A stretch of 64,000 nt of DNA. It comes from Candidatus Peribacter sp. (GTDB lineage: Bacteria > Patescibacteriota > Gracilibacteria > Peribacterales > Peribacteraceae). The stretch covers positions 28,724-92,723 of the forward strand of contig JAUSKD010000003.1 of assembly GCA_030647195.1 (NCBI GenBank), given 5' to 3'. Under the pieces are notes generated by a model. That model was not told the origin of the DNA. It searched no databases and saw only the letters and a program-made list of their open reading frames with translations. Below, in pieces: positions 1-7,541 of the stretch. A program made the position numbers and the translations under genes. How positions within the stretch are numbered: position 1 is the first letter of the stretch; every line of letters begins with the position of its first letter.

Positions 1-1
1 A

Positions 2-262
2 CAAAATGACATTTCAGAATTCAACGATAAAATCACCGGAAAACTGCAAAGCACACGGGGCTTCTACATATCTGCGGCAGGGTGCGACGAGAGGGCGGTG
101 AAGAAGTTTTCAGGAGACAACCCGCGCATTATTCTTACTAATGGCGAAGATTTGACTCATATCCTTCAAGGACGTCTTCTCCTGCTAGATGCTATCCGCG
201 CCAAAATTGATGCTGCCGTAAAACATGGGAACATTGATTTGCGATTGAGAAGCTTATTTTGA
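2..262 (+). CDS. C-terminal fragment of a restriction-endonuclease-like (Mrr-type) protein; N-terminus off window
   Basis: Frame 2 is open from the window edge to TGA at 260-262. The translation ...RGFYISAAGCDERAVKKFSGDNPRIILTNGEDLTHIL... resembles the C-terminal core of Mrr-like endonucleases. This is recognised from memory only. Confidence 0.35.
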   Translation, partial: QNDISEFNDKITGKLQSTRGFYISAAGCDERAVKKFSGDNPRIILTNGEDLTHILQGRLLLLDAIRAKIDAAVKHGNIDLRLRSLF

Positions 263-660
263 AACTCTCGTCGCCAGATTCCGTAGCAACCTATTAGAAG
301 CCCTTATACAAACACTGCCCCATTTCGACTATAAAGGGACGTAAAATGCCCGATAACAGCACTAGGGGCTTTAGCGCAGCAGCTAGAGGCGTTTCCAAGA
401 CGTATCTACTCCCAATTACGAGGCTAGTACGACTTTTGGCAAAAGTGATAGGTCTGAGATTTCAGAGAGTCAGCATATAACAATGACACAATTACTTCTT
501 ACCCCATTATTTATGGACACAAGTTAAACACCATCGGCACGGTCGCTCTCGAAAACCGCAGTTATCAATCCACATACAGAACGCTAAGGAACGTTTTTGT
601 GTCCCGACCCCAAACAAACATTTAATTTCCAATTTTTTATTTCCCAATTTCCTAATTTCT

Positions 661-1002
661 ATGACTACATCAGTCTCCGCCGCAGGCAAAAATGCGATAA
701 AGCTAGCACAAACTCTATTGGAAAATGGCCGACCAATAGATGTAATTCCGTTTGAAGATGACGGCTTAAAAAAATCATTTCCAATGTTACCCATGATAGA
801 AGCACGTGTCTATGCGCGTGAGAATGGAAATCATGTGGATATTGTGTTCACAACACTTGGTCAGGTAATGGACTTAATCACCGATGCAGACCGTGAGAAA
901 TATGATGCTTATGTCAAAGCCTACTGGCACGGCATGTGGGCAGGGTTTTTTATTCGTGACGCAATAGGTTTCGCGCAAAAATCTCCCAATAGGAAGAGAT
1001 AA
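661..1002 (+). CDS. Hypothetical protein (113 aa) in the AT-rich element
   Basis: ORF in the track with no recognisable motif. It is preceded by an ATTTCC-type direct repeat tract at about 622-660. Confidence 0.35.
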   Translation: MTTSVSAAGKNAIKLAQTLLENGRPIDVIPFEDDGLKKSFPMLPMIEARVYARENGNHVDIVFTTLGQVMDLITDADREKYDAYVKAYWHGMWAGFFIRDAIGFAQKSPNRKR

Positions 1003-1062
1003 CTGGCTTGATGTTTTATGGCTTCCCAAAGCCATATATACTTACTTGTTGCCATTCATTCC

Positions 1063-2721
1063 ATGAAGCCCAACGCAATCCTCTACTGCCGCGTTTCAGA
1101 TAAGTCCCAGGCTGATGGTCAATCCATCAAACTACAGCCGCCCATGCTTAAAGAATTCGCCACAAAAAATGGCTATAGCGTCTACCGAGTTTTCATTGAT
1201 GTGGCCAAGTCTGGGACTTCCACTGATAAACGTGATGGCCTCTGGGATGCACTCAACCTCATTGAGAAGGAAAACAAGGACAAGAATAAGCCTCGCATTC
1301 AGGCATTTATCGTCCAAGACACGGACAGGCTGGCGCGAAATGAGAAAGACCATTATCTCATTCGCGCCCACCTGAAGAAGTACGGCGTTATTCTTCTCTC
1401 CAAGAATCAGCCAGGTATCAATGATTCGGCGGAAGGGCTTCTCTTAGATACTCTCATGGCCGGAGTTAATGCCTTTCAATCCCGTCTCACCGGACGGAAG
1501 GTACGAAATACCGTTAGCATGATGGCTGAGAATGGACTGACGACGCACAAAGCCCCTCTGGGCTATCTCAATCGCCAGCGAGAGGAAGGAGGTAAGACTA
1601 TCAAGTACGTCGAAAAAGACCCGGACAAGTCAAAGCTGGTTCTTCAGATGTTTCGTCTATACAGTAAAGGATTGTATTCGCTTCATGCCCTTGCCAAGTA
1701 TATGAACAAACGTGGCCTCACAACGACAGGCGATAAGCCGCTTCAGGCAAGCGGACTAAGTGAGATAATGAACAACCGCTATTACTTGGGCAAGATTAAG
1801 CACAACGGAAAGGAGTTTCAGGGAAAACATCCTCGGCTGATTTCAGATGCATTATTCAAGCAATGCGCGAAAATATTGGAAATTCAGCGTAATCACGCCT
1901 CACGCCGCAGGAAACCGAAGAACACCAAGCTGTTCTATCTGAAGGACGTGCTGAAGTGCGGTTCCTGCGGCTACCGTGTGACAGGAGGTGGTTCCAAGGG
2001 CAGAGACCACATGTACAACTATTACTACTGCGGAAGACTCATGCGAGACCCAAAGTATCACTCGAAGAAGGGCAATTGCGTCAATCTTCCAGAAATCCAC
2101 GCTGAGATTCAGGACTTCTTCGGATTATTGGAGTTAACCCCGGACATTGTGGAGGAGGTGAAGATGAAGGCCGCCCAAATACTTTCAGAGACGCATGGCG
2201 ACATGGACGGTGAAAGGGCAGAGATTCAGCGCAATCTCACCCGTCTCGACCATCAGAGGAAGAAACTCGAAGGCTTGTGGCTGGCTGATGAGGTGGTTGA
2301 GGATTATTACAATCGCAACCACAAGACCATCGAGGCTGAAATCACAGCAGCCGAACAGCGTCTTTTGGAAATATCCGGCCTCCGCACAGACAGGACGACG
2401 ATGTTTGAAGCATTGGTGAGATTGGCTAGAGACCTTCCTGCGGCCTACGAGAAGGCCAATCCTGAGGTGAAACGCATGTACCTTAAAATCTTTTGGGAAT
2501 GTTTTGAAATAGGGGGTGGCACGGTGCAAAAGGCGGTTCCATCAAAGGTTGTAACCGCGTTAATTCACGAAAAGCTTATAAATCTTAAAGCCAATTCGCA
2601 GAATCGGAAATTTTTAGTAAGTAAGGTTTGGCTCCCCCGGCTGGACTCGAACCAGCAACCAATCGGTTACACGTTGCCCTTCTGTTTCCAGAAGGAGTGG
2701 ACTATATCATCACCCATCTGA
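1063..2721 (+). CDS. Large serine recombinase (integrase type)
   Basis: N-terminal resolvase catalytic motif ILYCRVSDKSQ, a central recombinase region, the Cys-rich zinc ribbon CGSCGYRV...YYYCG and a C-terminal coiled coil. Start placed at MKPNAILY, with an alternative upstream ATG at 1018. The last ~30 codons (LPRLDSNQQP...) are antisense to the tRNA-Asn 3' exon and intron, so the stop codon is supplied by host DNA. Confidence 0.85.
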   Translation: MKPNAILYCRVSDKSQADGQSIKLQPPMLKEFATKNGYSVYRVFIDVAKSGTSTDKRDGLWDALNLIEKENKDKNKPRIQAFIVQDTDRLARNEKDHYLIRAHLKKYGVILLSKNQPGINDSAEGLLLDTLMAGVNAFQSRLTGRKVRNTVSMMAENGLTTHKAPLGYLNRQREEGGKTIKYVEKDPDKSKLVLQMFRLYSKGLYSLHALAKYMNKRGLTTTGDKPLQASGLSEIMNNRYYLGKIKHNGKEFQGKHPRLISDALFKQCAKILEIQRNHASRRRKPKNTKLFYLKDVLKCGSCGYRVTGGGSKGRDHMYNYYYCGRLMRDPKYHSKKGNCVNLPEIHAEIQDFFGLLELTPDIVEEVKMKAAQILSETHGDMDGERAEIQRNLTRLDHQRKKLEGLWLADEVVEDYYNRNHKTIEAEITAAEQRLLEISGLRTDRTTMFEALVRLARDLPAAYEKANPEVKRMYLKIFWECFEIGGGTVQKAVPSKVVTALIHEKLINLKANSQNRKFLVSKVWLPRLDSNQQPIGYTLPFCFQKEWTISSPI

Positions 2722-3235
2722 GTGTGAGGGTGCGAGGCGCTTCGGCCAGTCCCGCATGTGCGGGACGGGGCTACTCCATAAAGGATAGTCTCTGAACCTT
2801 CCGAGATTCTTCATTCAGAATCAGGGCTTGGCTGCTGATTGCCCTTCGCTTTCGCGGGAGGGTTTCCAGCAATTCACCTCGTTATCGACCCAGGATTTCC
2901 CTGGGAAGCTGCGTTACACCACCATGCAATTCCTGATGACAGTTTGTACAAACGAGGACGCACTTGTCCGCCTCAGTTTTCACCTTGTTCCATGAGCGGG
3001 TTAATCCTCGTGCGGAAAGGCCGAATTCTTTCTGCTTTCCATCAATATGATGAAGGGCGAATGCGCCAATATATTTGTGGTATCCGCAAATGACGCACTT
3101 GCCTCCTTTGTACGCGACAACCATTTCACGAAGTTTCCTTCGTCGCTTGGCTACCGCTTTCTTCAGGTACACCGCACGGTCGGCGTAGGTACGTTTCTCT
3201 GGCATACACATGTGAGTATACCATGAGATGTGTTC
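2670..3235 (-). mobile_element. Group I intron (ribozyme core plus homing-endonuclease ORF) inside tRNA-Asn
   Basis: The 5' exon ends in U and the intron ends in G. In RNA sense the classical core elements occur in order: P AAUUGCUGGAAACC, Q AAUCAGCAGC, R GUUCAGAGACUAUC, S AUGAUAUAGUCC, with P/Q and R/S complementary. GAAA-capped hairpins are present (CGC-GAAA-GCG; CCUUCUG-GAAA-CAGAAGG just before the 3' splice site). Confidence 0.8.
2882..3211 (-). CDS. HNH-family homing endonuclease encoded in the intron
   Basis: 109-aa ORF on the tRNA strand that starts 24 nt after the 5' splice site and stops 10 nt before the P element. Motifs are CVICGY...ALHHIDGK...VLVCTNCHQELH, i.e. two CxxC pairs plus an HH..N..H signature. 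Confidence 0.75.
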   Translation of the reverse strand: MCMPEKRTYADRAVYLKKAVAKRRRKLREMVVAYKGGKCVICGYHKYIGAFALHHIDGKQKEFGLSARGLTRSWNKVKTEADKCVLVCTNCHQELHGGVTQLPREILGR

Positions 3236-3369
3236 ACAGCCGATTGCTCTACCATTGAGCTACAGGGGACCGATGCATGCAAAGAACAGGACAGTCACTG
3301 ATGTACGACTGGCGTCAGTATACGGATACCCGGCTGAGAAGAAATAGTGAAAAACATCGGATATTCTTC

Positions 3370-4638
3370 CTATTTCCTCTTCTTCGGTATCAGCAGCACG
3401 ATTTCGCGTCCCACGTACTGATCCGGGCGGCGGTAGAGGAGCGAGAGTCGTTCTGCACGGCTGGGCGCTATGCCCGGGGGGAGCGTGGCCATGTATCCGG
3501 CACTGTGCGCGGCATCCCACGCGCGATCGAGAAATATCGTCTCATTCTTGATCTTCCAGAAGGGCCACGTGAGTGCGAGTGGGACCCCGGGGAGCGTCTT
3601 GCTACAATTCTCGATGAAGGCAGCCTCCAGCTTCTCGAGCTCCGTCTTGATTTTGGCGGCGGACTTCTGCGACGGGCGGTCTTCGAGGGCGGGGCCGAGC
3701 GTCGTCTCGCTCACGACGATATCCGGCAGTTTCTTTAAGACAAAGGGCTTGGTGGCATCCTGTTTCCACACCAGAGAGTCCGTGTCCTTTTTGAGGATCT
3801 TCATCTCCTTGCGCAGCCATTCGATGTTCTTCTCACTGCCATTCACCGCCTTCTGCATGAGGTCAGAGGCCAGCACGTGCCATCCGCGTACCAGACACTC
3901 GAGCGGGATCACGCCCGTCCCACAGAAGGGATCAAGCACAGTCAGAGGTTCAGATTTCTTCGCTTTCTTCAACACGAGATCCGGAACGGGAGTCTGGCCG
4001 CCGCGGCCCAGCCACGCGCCCAGATTGAGCAGGATCTGTGCGAGCTTGGGTGGCAGCAGCCCCACCGTCGTATCGCGCACGGGTTTGCCGATATCCCGCT
4101 TCGTGTAGGCGTTCACATCCTGCGCGGCCACGGTGCGGCCGACCCAGAGTGTTCTGTTTTCCTCTTCGTCACCCTCGTAGAGCAAAACAAGCTCGCACCC
4201 ACGCTTGGGATCGAGTAACCCCGCGTCGCGCAGGAGCACGGTCGCCGCCGGTTCGCGTTCGCTGCCGACGTAGCGGCAGGGGCGTCCCTGCTTTCTGAGC
4301 GACTCCTTGCACTGGCGGTAGAGAGTGTGGATCGTCTGTCTGGGCATCAGGAAGGTGCGCAGCGCGAACACGACCTTGCCCCGCTTTGCGTCTTTGAGTT
4401 CGCTCAAGAGGATGGAAGGCACTTCCGCGAGGGTCACCGCCTGATCCGTCACCCGCCGGGCCAAAATCACGATGCCGCCCAGCGTATCCAGGAATGCGCC
4501 GTCCAGTTCCACGGGACTCTCGAAGAGCACGATGGAATCATTGAGGAGCGAGCGGAAGACGAATCCCGGCACGGTGGCCGAGAGTTCGGCGAGGGAAATG
4601 CGTGGTTGGTGACCGAGAAAGGCGGCGTACGATGGCAT
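3370..4638 (-). CDS. SAM-dependent methyltransferase (Trm11/UPF0020-like, probably RNA-modifying)
   Basis: SAM-binding motif LDPFCGTGVIPLECL. The expected motif IV (D/N-PPY) is replaced by SETTLGP. Start moved to MPSYAAF (4638) because the upstream 30 codons lie in an intergenic repeat. Confidence 0.55.
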   Translation of the reverse strand: MPSYAAFLGHQPRISLAELSATVPGFVFRSLLNDSIVLFESPVELDGAFLDTLGGIVILARRVTDQAVTLAEVPSILLSELKDAKRGKVVFALRTFLMPRQTIHTLYRQCKESLRKQGRPCRYVGSEREPAATVLLRDAGLLDPKRGCELVLLYEGDEEENRTLWVGRTVAAQDVNAYTKRDIGKPVRDTTVGLLPPKLAQILLNLGAWLGRGGQTPVPDLVLKKAKKSEPLTVLDPFCGTGVIPLECLVRGWHVLASDLMQKAVNGSEKNIEWLRKEMKILKKDTDSLVWKQDATKPFVLKKLPDIVVSETTLGPALEDRPSQKSAAKIKTELEKLEAAFIENCSKTLPGVPLALTWPFWKIKNETIFLDRAWDAAHSAGYMATLPPGIAPSRAERLSLLYRRPDQYVGREIVLLIPKKRK

Positions 4639-4682
4639 CGCATGGCAGGATAGCGTTGCAGGGGATGTTCGTACAGCTGTTG

Positions 4683-4806
4683 AAGGATTCAGGATTTCAG
4701 GGAACCAGGATTGCATGGAAGATCTCAAGAAAACAGGATCTCAAGAGGACAATCGACCCTTTGGATCCTGATTCCTTCCCTGAATTCCTGCATTCCTGGA
4801 ACCCTG
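4683..4806. repeat. Imperfect inverted arrays of GGATTNCA / CAGGAAT-type 7-8-mers
   Basis: Left arm AAGGATTCAGGATTTCAGGGAACCAGGATTGCATGG (4683-4718). Right arm GGATCCTGATTCCTTCCCTGAATTCCTGCATTCCTGGAACCCTG (4763-4806) is its approximate reverse complement. The spacer holds the direct repeat GATCTCAAGA x2. Confidence 0.5.
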
Positions 4807-4832
4807 TCTCCTTCCTTTCACTGCAATCTCGT

Positions 4833-6242
4833 TTATTCTTTTTTCAGTTCCTCCCTCAACAGCAGAACCGTCAGCATCACCACCAGCGGCGCCAACTGCA
4901 CGAACCCGCGCGCGAGCCCGGTTTGCCTGAGCGCTTCCGTCGAGAGGGATGTGAAGAGAAAGAGCCCGACCTGCAGCAACACCGCTGCGAACACGAACAG
5001 CGAGAGGGGGGCAAGCACGGTGGAGAAGAGGCGCTTTCGTCCGAGCGCGATGAGGAGGAGCAGGAGCGGGAAGAGCAGATGCCAGTTGCCCTCGAAGAAC
5101 GTATTCACCCAGAGCACGTACACGACTCCCGGCTGCCAGCCGAAAGAGTAGCTGGAGGAAATTTCTTTGGCATTGCCGAACCCAAGGCCGTGCGTCCACT
5201 TGAAGAGCACCCACGGGAGCCCGATGGCCAGCAGCCAGCCTGCGACCCATGCGAGCGTGCCGGCGATCTCCCGGCGCGTCATCGGGTGCTGTCGGCGGAG
5301 GAACACGATTCCCGCTATCAGCACGGCGAGCAAGAGCGGCAGGTAGAGGACGAGTGCCTCGTTCTTCGTAAAGACGAGGAGTCCCAATGCAAGGGCGGAG
5401 AGACGCAGCAGGCTCCGGCGCCGGGGGATGTCGGTCTCCGTGAGGCCCCGTGTCAGCAGTCCTCCCGCGGCCAGCAGATGGGCCGAGAGGAAGACATCTG
5501 CGTACGCATTCATGCCATGGAAGAAGTAGAGCGGCAGGCTGGCGAGCAGGTACGTGCCCAGCAGGGCCCACTGCCACTGCGTGCGGTGACGCAGCGCGCA
5601 GTAGAGCAGGATCACCGCGGCGAGGAACCAGAGGGCATGGATGCTGTTCGCGAGACCCTCGTGCCACTGCCCGGCCAGTGAGGCGAGAGAGGCCTTGAAG
5701 AGCGGGACCGTGGGCGGGTAACTGCTCAGGGGGTTCGCTTGTTCTCCTCCCGCCGTTCCGACGTCGAGCGTGTGTGTGACGGAGAAGACCTTTGCGCGAT
5801 AGTTCCAGTTCTTGAGTGTGTCGTCGAAGTACGGGGGCGTCGTGACGAGGATGAACGAACCGAAGGCGATTTTGGCGAGGGTCCAGATCGTGAGGAGTAC
5901 GAGCAGGATCGTCAGCCAAAGAGGAGGGCGCGTTGAGGGCGTAGGGGGTAGGGTGTAGGGCGTAGAACGTGGGAAGAATTTCCACTGGAAGAAACCGGCG
6001 AGGACGAGCAGAAGGGTGAAGGCAACCTGCACAGAGAGGAAACCCAGTCGTGTGAAGAGGATGAATCCCGCAATGTGCGCGAGAAAGGTTACGAACATCG
6101 TCGCGGTCACCCCAAAGAGAAACCCCAGTGTCCAGCGTTCCAGCGTCATGAGCACGGGGTGCCGCCCCTCGCAGAGCCGCACGAGCAGCCAGCCGGATAA
6201 GGTGGGGAGCAGGAGGCCGACAGAGAACCAGAAGAAGATCAT
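4833..6242 (-). CDS. Polytopic membrane protein, GT-C-type (ArnT/PMT-like) glycosyltransferase candidate
   Basis: 469 aa with about 11-12 hydrophobic helices throughout. Its ATG overlaps the stop of the upstream gene (ATGA at 6239-6242). The family assignment rests on topology only. Confidence 0.45.
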   Translation of the reverse strand: MIFFWFSVGLLLPTLSGWLLVRLCEGRHPVLMTLERWTLGFLFGVTATMFVTFLAHIAGFILFTRLGFLSVQVAFTLLLVLAGFFQWKFFPRSTPYTLPPTPSTRPPLWLTILLVLLTIWTLAKIAFGSFILVTTPPYFDDTLKNWNYRAKVFSVTHTLDVGTAGGEQANPLSSYPPTVPLFKASLASLAGQWHEGLANSIHALWFLAAVILLYCALRHRTQWQWALLGTYLLASLPLYFFHGMNAYADVFLSAHLLAAGGLLTRGLTETDIPRRRSLLRLSALALGLLVFTKNEALVLYLPLLLAVLIAGIVFLRRQHPMTRREIAGTLAWVAGWLLAIGLPWVLFKWTHGLGFGNAKEISSSYSFGWQPGVVYVLWVNTFFEGNWHLLFPLLLLLIALGRKRLFSTVLAPLSLFVFAAVLLQVGLFLFTSLSTEALRQTGLARGFVQLAPLVVMLTVLLLREELKKE

Positions 6243-7510
6243 GGTTTGTTCGGGGGTTTCAGAGGAGCGGGCGGGGTCACGCGAAAAATGAAGGTGCCTT
6301 TCATGAATTCGTGGATGATCTGGCCGGTCGGGGAGATCGGTTCGCCATTCTCCACGATCCTGCCATCAGTGCTGAACGTGATGTCGGGCCGCTCGTAGAC
6401 GAGCCAGAATGTTGCACCCGACCCTTCCGCCGGGGTCACGGGTTGGCTGGGATACGTCTGGTAGCGCATGAAGTTCATGAAAGTGTCGGTGGTGGGGGCC
6501 AGCAGCACGTAACGCGGCTGGTCGGCCAGCAGACTGCGGCTCGCCGCGGCGAAATCGGGCAGGAAGTTGATGGTGCGGAACGTGCGCTTGCCGGCGGGTT
6601 CCCGAAGGTACGAGCGCACGTCGTACGTCCATGTCGCAAGCACTTCCGCTCCCATGCGGATGTCGAGTGCGACCCAGAAGATGAGGAAGAGCGTCAGCGT
6701 TCCGACGAGGATGCTCCTTCCGCGCCTGCCGCCCGATCTTCGCCACGCGCGGATGGAAAGTCCCGCTGCGCCGAGCACCAGGAGCGCATAGATCACGCGC
6801 ATGGCGGAGTGGGCGATGGGCGGCTGGTTCCTGTACAGATTCGCAAGGGAAACCGGCGTGGAGCAGAGCAGGGGGCCCCAGAAGAAGTTGATGCTGTGGG
6901 CCTTGAGACCGTCAAAGGCCCAGAAGCACTTCATGGCTTCGACCACCCGTTCCCCGACGCTCCAGCCCTTGAGCTCAACGCCGTGGAAGGTGATGTCGGT
7001 AGAGGGCGGCAGCTGGAAGCCGATGGCGCTGGCTCTTGGATCCCAGCCTCCGATGGCGCTCATGTCCACGATGATCGACGTGGAAGACGCGCTCGGCCTC
7101 AGCGTAATGGGAATCTGCAGGTACTGGCCGGCCGGGCTCCCCTTACTCTTCCAGATGAACGAGAGCGCCGCTCCCCGCGGGCTCGTGTAGTAGACGGTCA
7201 CCACCTGGACGCCGTACGACAGGGCGAGGGGGCGGGAGAGCGTACCTTTCTGCGTGGTCGAGATGTGAATGCCGTTTGAGAGCGGAGTGACCGGCGGCAG
7301 CCCCACGGTGTTCCACTGCGACTGTTCGGTTTGGCTGCCCAGACTCAGCATGGTCTGCTGCGCCGCCTCGGCAGCGATAGGCAGCGTGAGGAGGACAACG
7401 GCGAAGAGGAGGGAGCGACCACGCACGAGAAGAGTATACAGATGATTTGCGATTGAAAGATTTATGGATTTGCGATTTTCTCGTCTTTCCATCACTGACA
7501 AAAATCGCAA
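6239..7510 (-). CDS. Membrane or secreted protein of unknown function, translationally coupled to the GT-C-like gene
   Basis: N-terminal signal or anchor LLFAVVLLTLPIAAEA and C-terminal TM helices. The first ~20 codons overlap the GATTT repeat element, so the true start may be downstream. Confidence 0.5.
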   Translation of the reverse strand: MRFLSVMERRENRKSINLSIANHLYTLLVRGRSLLFAVVLLTLPIAAEAAQQTMLSLGSQTEQSQWNTVGLPPVTPLSNGIHISTTQKGTLSRPLALSYGVQVVTVYYTSPRGAALSFIWKSKGSPAGQYLQIPITLRPSASSTSIIVDMSAIGGWDPRASAIGFQLPPSTDITFHGVELKGWSVGERVVEAMKCFWAFDGLKAHSINFFWGPLLCSTPVSLANLYRNQPPIAHSAMRVIYALLVLGAAGLSIRAWRRSGGRRGRSILVGTLTLFLIFWVALDIRMGAEVLATWTYDVRSYLREPAGKRTFRTINFLPDFAAASRSLLADQPRYVLLAPTTDTFMNFMRYQTYPSQPVTPAEGSGATFWLVYERPDITFSTDGRIVENGEPISPTGQIIHEFMKGTFIFRVTPPAPLKPPNKP

Positions 7511-7529
7511 ATTTTGAAATCATCAAATC
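7444..7529. repeat. GATTTNN heptamer element, copy A (5 direct units plus 3 inverted units)
   Basis: GATT starts at 7444, 7451, 7459, 7467 and 7474. Inverted AAATC units start at 7502, 7517 and 7525. Homologous to copy B at 13933-13999. Confidence 0.6.
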
Positions 7530-7541
7530 GCCAATAGTTCA

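Larger units (their letters stand above)
1..2628. mobile_element. Right-hand part of an AT-rich integrated element that ends at the 3' end of tRNA-Asn; the left boundary is outside the window
   Basis: Base composition shifts visibly from AT-rich to GC-rich at about 2620-2630, exactly where the CCA end of the minus-strand tRNA lies. A serine recombinase gene lies next to the junction and reads into it. Cargo includes a restriction-endonuclease-like fragment. Confidence 0.5.
2629..3269 (-). tRNA. tRNA-Asn(GUU), split by a 566-nt intron between anticodon nt 35 and 36
   Basis: Exon 1 (3269-3236) reads TCCCCTG TA GCTC AATGGTA GAGC A ATCGG CTGT. Exon 2 (2669-2629) reads TAA CCGAT TGGTT GCTGG TTCGAGT CCAGC CGGGGGA G CCA. 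All four stems pair; the acceptor is 7 bp including one G-U. The spliced loop is CU-GUU-AA. U1-A72 plus G73 and the overall sequence resemble bacterial tRNA-Asn as I remember it. Confidence 0.8.

Noticed and set aside
236-245. A copy of GATTTGCGAT in the first partial CDS
   Set aside because: It is a single unit inside coding DNA of the AT-rich element, with no array or inverted partner, so it is probably chance.
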